This document shows positions 47,301-51,705 of a stretch of DNA of 51,705 bases, piece by piece. The notes beneath the pieces are model-generated. The model was given only the letters and a program-made list of their open reading frames with translations. It made no database searches and was not told the origin of the DNA. The position numbers were made by a program, and so were the translations under genes. The stretch lies in contig CAMLYK010000003.1 of the NCBI GenBank assembly GCA_946491735.1, forward strand, positions 1 through 51,705, read 5' to 3'. Source of the stretch: an uncultured Clostridia bacterium (GTDB taxonomy: Bacteria > Bacillota > Clostridia > Christensenellales > UBA1242). How positions within the stretch are numbered: the stretch's first letter is position 1; each line of letters opens with the position of its first letter.

Positions 47301-48261
47301 CAATTGATGTGACATTATGTTGAACATTTGAATTGTAATTGTCACTAACCGTAAGATTAGGTAAAGTTACATCAGTATCCCCCAGTTCCACACTTGGCAT
47401 AGATGGAGTGGTAATAGTAAGGTCATCACTAGTAGGTTCAACAAAATCGTCAGACACATTGATTGTATAAGTTGTTGTAGGTGGATTGCTACCTTGCGTG
47501 TAAGTGTATTCCAAGGTATATGTTCCGCTCATACTAGGGATTAAATAATATTTACCTTCTGATTGATATATATAATCGCTGCTCTCCCAATCTTGAGGCG
47601 TATTGTTGACACTGACAGTAGGAACAACTGTTGTAACTACTTCATCGTCATCACTGTCAACCACTTTCACATTCGCAACTGGAACTTCAATAGGCTCACT
47701 GCTAGTTTTCAATGAAAGAGGAACAAGTTTGTTCAAACCTGTAGTTTCATCAACAAAATCCAATTCATATGAAATATTTTTTACTGTAACAGTATAGTTA
47801 TTTGAATAATAAGTTCTACCACCATTAGTGATAATATAAAGGATGTTATAACTACCATTATTCAAAGCTTTTAAACCTAGGTATCCACTACCCAAATTGG
47901 TTTCATCAAAATAATCGGTATCATTACTATCGCCATCAACAACATAATCATGAACTTGACCAGATGGATCAATGACACGGATTGTGTAATTAGTGGCAGT
48001 ATCAGTAAATAAACCTGTAGTTTTTTCACCTGATAATGCTGTATTCAAAAGCGGAATTTGGAATTCTTCCCCAATTGATACGTCAATAGAAGTTTTAGGC
48101 ATTTTGATTGAGTTAATAGCTGCATTATAAGTTTCAATTGTATAAGACAATTCAGCCGCATAAGTCGTCAAAACTGGACTGAAAGCGAAAACAATACTCA
48201 TTACTGCAAAAGCTAAAAAACAAAATGTAAGTTTAAAGTATTTTTTTAACTGTTTCATCAC
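44383..48261 (-). CDS. Large surface protein with Ig-like repeats, a C-terminal TM helix and a charged cytoplasmic tail
   Basis: Signal peptide (TYA-A), repeated G-x-Y-x-V-x-Y-x-A-x-D-x-x-G-N and D-x-x-x-P junctions, TM helix YLGVILIVVSLIILAGVILFFTF; SD AAGGAG. Confidence 0.88.
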   Translation of the reverse strand: MMKQLKKYFKLTFCFLAFAVMSIVFAFSPVLTTYAAELSYTIETYNAAINSIKMPKTSIDVSIGEEFQIPLLNTALSGEKTTGLFTDTATNYTIRVIDPSGQVHDYVVDGDSNDTDYFDETNLGSGYLGLKALNNGSYNILYIITNGGRTYYSNNYTVTVKNISYELDFVDETTGLNKLVPLSLKTSSEPIEVPVANVKVVDSDDDEVVTTVVPTVSVNNTPQDWESSDYIYQSEGKYYLIPSMSGTYTLEYTYTQGSNPPTTTYTINVSDDFVEPTSDDLTITTPSMPSVELGDTDVTLPNLTVSDNYNSNVQHNVTSIVITKTNNEAITKTLSNNTFTFNFTKEEFGAESYADMVGNYRVTYNIVDAYSNTKSISVIIRNVTDSTRPSVYMAYDYEINQETGNPVQEENDDGVMVDAVNTDYAVDLKTRYGYTELVLPAIYATDKVTEYKDFTFIRYIQSTRDSTIYYVDNLKVEDGQVVAVNEGETGYNYSGDENIGQFNKAVEFKFSADDESISDYAGEYTIGYYVLANTISRQESYVYRTGTTRYTITVLSRATVAEDSEDSSTPTIQINNVKNNATISSEDIINVNVTSSDDIDTRLKNAVFYYYTENSENDLATDIQNAIRVVTSNPESDTAKNICNVLDDPLFITEMQRLYTGFGIATVDADNLNSFNIELTNYQGSTNGRVLNVVAVALNDEGNIATATRVLNIKDMDEEIAPEYSIINAGSFSSDNINILQTLEFDQIQEVTLPTIQFTDDDDYLALNVNYYIGTPDSVGTGLQFLSPTGKQMSGNTITGGTITTSKVGTYYVVYTATDDAGNMTTVYFTFVVNDSSDPYLSVNAEGQNVDGEEVSISGNTISGEVGAVISFDPTLYSSSGDDITNDAQTTIGYTIDDGGQALDYTTTGDYMSFAFNSEGQYTITFTGQYGEEGTVVERVYYVNITMPELTWDYDITVPEYARQSETIILPDWTASQGNLKADVTVTVTDPDGLVPEAGNAVRYQNGDAMVWSFTTNANTRGTYRVTYTAKTDYSTITETFEIKVGDNVAPTYSMNYETELSQDIVYDGTNQIEYNINLDRSNRTLVIEVISNGNTIYSYDTGLVIRDRNDNGTETTMTNWNSLTVELSSDDGIVSEGEEDGQYVINGTGKCTLTLTIEDIYDNVGVKTIEFNVVSETEPEENNDSYLGVILIVVSLIILAGVILFFTFTGKKGGSSKQKKSRKDTMTDKDTKSEKSSKKVEEIKADVAEEDKVNAQQNEDKDDEVVIEDESHEDVKDEKSSDDEAKSGDVE

Positions 48262-48286
48262 TGTCTCCTTAATTTTCGTCTAATTT

Positions 48287-48315
48287 ATTCTAATAAATAT
48301 AGAGAATTTTGTCAA
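48287..48315 (-). promoter_or_regulatory. sigmaA promoter of the Ig-repeat gene
   Basis: TTGACA-17 nt-TAGAAT. Confidence 0.7.
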
Positions 48316-48558
48316 ACAAAATAAGTAATATTTAGCAAGTTTTACATAAATAGTTTAAGATTTCAAACAAAATTTATTGCAAGAAAAAAAACTTGTTATG
48401 TCGAATAAAAAGAGAATATGAAATTTTTTCATTTTAAAAGCTTAAATTTTTAAATTTTGACACAAACGCTCTATCAAAAAACTGTTTTTATCAATAAAAA
48501 TGCAATATATTTTAATAAGTTTTTAATGCAAAAAAATAAAAAAGCGTAAAACTACGCT

Positions 48559-49086
48559 TTATAATATACTTATTTGCAAATTTGCATAATCTTTTGTGAT
48601 AAAATTGAATTCATCACTGCTAGCAAGAAAATATTGTTTTTCTCTATGTTTATTCAATTTGCTAATAAAATCACTGTTCAACAATTTATATCTATCCAAC
48701 AAGATTTTGTTTAATTCTTCAAAATTTAGATTGTTAGAATCTATTAATAGTCTTTTTGTTTCGAGTGCCCATTCGCTTGGTTCAATCCCATTAGATTTGT
48801 CAAATTCACACAAAATATTCATATCTTCTGGACTACAAACAAATCTAGCAATGATTTTGATTTTTTCTTGAATCGTGCGAGGCAATTCTTTCACCGCATT
48901 GGCATCCATGTAATAGAAAGAATATAGACGATCAGTTTCATTGAAAATAGCTTCTGCATGCCTTGGGCGCTTCAACACAACTCTATCTCCATACACACCA
49001 CGACCGCGTTTGTATTCCACAATTTCATAAAAATTATTTATCAAAAAATCTAACTGTGACCAGTTAAAACTATTAACTTTTGTCAT
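48559..49086 (-). CDS. Hypothetical cytoplasmic protein
   Basis: 175 aa ORF, SD AGGTGAG, 11 nt after the HicB-like gene, AAAAGCGTA/TACGCTTT hairpin at the stop. Confidence 0.75.
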   Translation of the reverse strand: MTKVNSFNWSQLDFLINNFYEIVEYKRGRGVYGDRVVLKRPRHAEAIFNETDRLYSFYYMDANAVKELPRTIQEKIKIIARFVCSPEDMNILCEFDKSNGIEPSEWALETKRLLIDSNNLNFEELNKILLDRYKLLNSDFISKLNKHREKQYFLASSDEFNFITKDYANLQISIL

Positions 49087-49097
49087 AAGCTCACCTA

Positions 49098-49367
49098 TTA
49101 TGCTAGTGCGTCCACCAATAAAACGATATTCTTTTTGTTTGCCTTATAAACCTCTTCAAAATCACGAGGGGCCTCTAAATCGCAATTGAATTTGATTGCG
49201 CAATCCACCATAGCACATAAGTCCTCTTTGGCCTTGATATATGCATCAACTACCGTTTCTCCCTCTTTGACAATATCTAATTCTTGAATATGAATAGTAT
49301 ACCAACCAGTATTGGTACCCTTCTCATCATCTTTATATAAAACAGCAGGATAAACTAATTCTTTCAT
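49098..49367 (-). CDS. HicB-like antitoxin N-terminal domain protein
   Basis: LVYPAVL...YTIHIQEL..VKEGETVVDAYIKAKEDL matches the HicB partial RNase H fold pattern; start at ATG 49367 with SD GAGGGTGG. Confidence 0.7.
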   Translation of the reverse strand: MKELVYPAVLYKDDEKGTNTGWYTIHIQELDIVKEGETVVDAYIKAKEDLCAMVDCAIKFNCDLEAPRDFEEVYKANKKNIVLLVDALA

Positions 49368-49542
49368 AACCACCCTCACGTACTTGTTATTAATTATATC
49401 ACAAAAAAAATCATATGTAAAATGAATTGTTTTAAAAATTTGCACAATTTTTTATCTAGCAAATTTAAGAACATGTTTTATTTGAATGATCGTCAATTTT
49501 CATCCGACCCTCATAAGAGGATAAACAAAAATTAAAATTATA

Positions 49543-51078
49543 TTATTGAATAGGAATCATTAGATAGACTGTAAAATTATATGAATTTATTGTATCCCTA
49601 TAATAGCGATACGAATATTCTTTATAAATTTGATAATATTGATCTAAAAACTCTTTGTCCTCTTCATAATTTTCATCTCTGACTAACACAAAATCATTAC
49701 GCTTTTGCTCAATTGCTTCATAAAAAGCATTGTACATCTCAGGAAAACTATCCTCATCGTAAAGATTGTTGGCGAAATATTTTTCACTAGGAACTATTCC
49801 TGCAACATTGTAAAATCCATAATCCCACATCTTATAGCAAAACAAACTAGGATCATCTATTCCATAATTATTGATGTCCTCTGCAATTTGGAAATGAATA
49901 TAGTCTTGTTCGTCCCAAAACATTTCATTAGTGCAGTTTCCAAACGGAAAACAGAGCCCAAAGCAAACTAAAAGCATAATAATCAATGATAATTTTCTAA
50001 AAATTTGTTTGAATTTTAATTTTGAAACATAATCAATTATAAAAGCAATTCCGACTGAAGCAAAAACCAAAAGTGGCTGATAATAATACGAGAAATTGCC
50101 TGAAATGATCATTAATAGCAAATATGATAAGACAAGAATCGTATAAGTAATAGCTTTTCTATCGAATTTGTAAATATACACTATCAAACCCAAAATGACA
50201 ATTGCACTGCCAAAAAATCCGTTTAATAAGATCATCCTCAAATTTGAAAAAATAGTCAGTTCCGTTTTATACAAAAATAGATTATCATAAAAATAGACTG
50301 TGAACAAATCCCATACTGCATCATTTATTATGTAATAGATTAATGATAGGCAAAAAACAACAATAAAACTAATCAGCATATACAAAATTGATAAAAATGT
50401 TTTTTTATATTCTTTTTGTTTCAATTTAATTCCAAACCAAATCAACAATATTATCGCAGGGAACAAAAGAAGTGTAAATTTGATCAAAAGCAGTAATGCC
50501 AACAATATTCCAATAATAAAACATCTGGTATACGAAAGATCCTTTTTATCAAAGGTAAAATCAAAAAAGCAGAGCAAAAACCATGCAAATATCGGTGCAC
50601 AGTATTCTTCGACCGCACCTCCTCCGACCACAAAGAATGAACTGGTTGTATAAACGAAACACAACAAAATTACGCCGATAAGTGCCCTAAAATCAGAAGT
50701 GAATTTAATCATAATTTTATAAGAAAAGAACAAGAATAGAGTCATACATATCACTTCTAAAATAAAGGCATTAATATACGGATTTCCAAACGAACACAAG
50801 AGAGCAAACACATAATAAACAATTGGACCCTTTTGCTCGAACAAATCTTTGTAAGGCACTTTCCCAGCTAACATGCCATTGCCGATTGTAATATACCAGT
50901 TGATATCTTGGTTATCATTAAAAGCGTACAAAAAAGAATTTGCGCTACATACCATCAAGAACAAAAACGAAACAGCAAAGCAAATTAAAATCACTTTCCA
51001 TAACGCAATTTTTTTATTAGGAACTTCAACTTTGCTTTCAAAATTTATAAGATCTTCGTTTGCTTCAACTTTTTCCAT
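49543..51078 (-). CDS. GT-C fold membrane glycosyltransferase (ArnT/PMT-like)
   Basis: DINWYITIG...GKVPYKDLFEQKGP motif, many TM helices, extracytoplasmic C-terminal domain; TTGACT-17-TATATT promoter at 51095-51123. Confidence 0.82.
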   Translation of the reverse strand: MEKVEANEDLINFESKVEVPNKKIALWKVILICFAVSFLFLMVCSANSFLYAFNDNQDINWYITIGNGMLAGKVPYKDLFEQKGPIVYYVFALLCSFGNPYINAFILEVICMTLFLFFSYKIMIKFTSDFRALIGVILLCFVYTTSSFFVVGGGAVEEYCAPIFAWFLLCFFDFTFDKKDLSYTRCFIIGILLALLLLIKFTLLLFPAIILLIWFGIKLKQKEYKKTFLSILYMLISFIVVFCLSLIYYIINDAVWDLFTVYFYDNLFLYKTELTIFSNLRMILLNGFFGSAIVILGLIVYIYKFDRKAITYTILVLSYLLLMIISGNFSYYYQPLLVFASVGIAFIIDYVSKLKFKQIFRKLSLIIMLLVCFGLCFPFGNCTNEMFWDEQDYIHFQIAEDINNYGIDDPSLFCYKMWDYGFYNVAGIVPSEKYFANNLYDEDSFPEMYNAFYEAIEQKRNDFVLVRDENYEEDKEFLDQYYQIYKEYSYRYYRDTINSYNFTVYLMIPIQ

Positions 51079-51153
51079 AAAACCTATACTTATTAATATA
51101 CTTTAATAGCAATATTAAGTCAATCAAAAATTTATTATCTTATTTTATAAAAT

Positions 51154-51183
51154 AAAAAAACTCCTTTGAAAAGGAGTAATTTT
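51154..51183 (-). terminator. Intrinsic terminator
   Basis: ACTCCTTT-GA-AAAGGAGT stem with a U tract on the minus strand. Confidence 0.7.
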
Positions 51184-51186
51184 AGA

Positions 51187-51567
51187 TTAAACGCTTGCCT
51201 CATTATCTTGATTCATTTGTTCATCTGCGATAAATGAGATCAATCCTTCTTTTGGTAGATTGCTAAATAATTCTTTTATATCATTTACATTGCCATTTTT
51301 GTCAATGTAATTTTCAACCAAAGCTAATCTACTGTTTTGACTTTCTTTATAAACTTCTCTACCCGCAAGTAACGTCACAGGAGAAGTGCCATGCCCTTTG
51401 TTCACAACAAAACTGGCATCTTTTTCATTGACTAAATTAATTCTGTTTTGAATGAATGTCAGTCTACCTTTTATTAAACTTTTAAAAGGAGTCTTAGGAT
51501 TCAAATTGCTTTTTGATTTAATTGAAGATGAGGATTTTTTACTAATAATGCTTTTAGTTTTGTTCAT
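51187..51567 (-). CDS. Hypothetical protein (S/K-rich N-terminus)
   Basis: Perfect SD TAAGGAGGT, 126 aa ORF, downstream terminator. Confidence 0.75.
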   Translation of the reverse strand: MNKTKSIISKKSSSSIKSKSNLNPKTPFKSLIKGRLTFIQNRINLVNEKDASFVVNKGHGTSPVTLLAGREVYKESQNSRLALVENYIDKNGNVNDIKELFSNLPKEGLISFIADEQMNQDNEASV

Positions 51568-51705
51568 ATTACCTCCTTATTTATGACTACATATTAACAC
51601 AAAAAATTAAATTTGTAAATAGTTTTATGATAATTTTTAATAATTATTTTAAATTAAATAAAATACTATTTTATAGGTAATTATAAGCTTTTTTAGTTTT
51701 TTAAA

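Noticed and set aside
49469-49480. GAACATGTTTTA as an SOS box upstream of the HicB-like gene
   Set aside because: Right half does not match GTTC at the N4 spacing

Overview
Chromosomal window of a low-GC Firmicute. The gene content (T-box, sepF, spoVB/DUF421/DUF4363, sigmaA promoters) fits a compact, probably spore-forming Clostridia lineage; the taxonomy is inferred. It begins with the 5' end, leader and promoter of a 16S rRNA gene (minus strand). Housekeeping genes are tig-clpP-clpX, an Smr-domain gene, sepF-lspA-rluD, rsmA/ksgA, T-box-valS, groES-groEL, uvrA, pepF and uvrB, plus a small sporulation-type cluster and a GT-C glycosyltransferase. Between them lie four large unannotated envelope proteins: a 3697 aa N-anchored protein that is very poor in Lys, a 1292 aa Ig-like repeat protein, a 1055 aa protein with four CBM-like repeats, a TM helix and a coiled coil, and a 474 aa helical-repeat protein. 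I saw no integrase, transposase, CRISPR array or tRNA. Best leads: (i) uvrB and uvrA are each closely linked to small tail-anchored membrane proteins (two winged-helix paralogs; one J-like domain lacking HPD); (ii) the giant Lys-poor surface protein; (iii) apparently leaderless transcripts, several behind sporulation-sigma-like promoters; (iv) a CIRCE-less groESL with a CG-rich palindrome and a GroEL lacking the GGM tail; (v) convergent promoters and a candidate sRNA in the ksgA leader. All domain calls come from reading motifs, not database searches.
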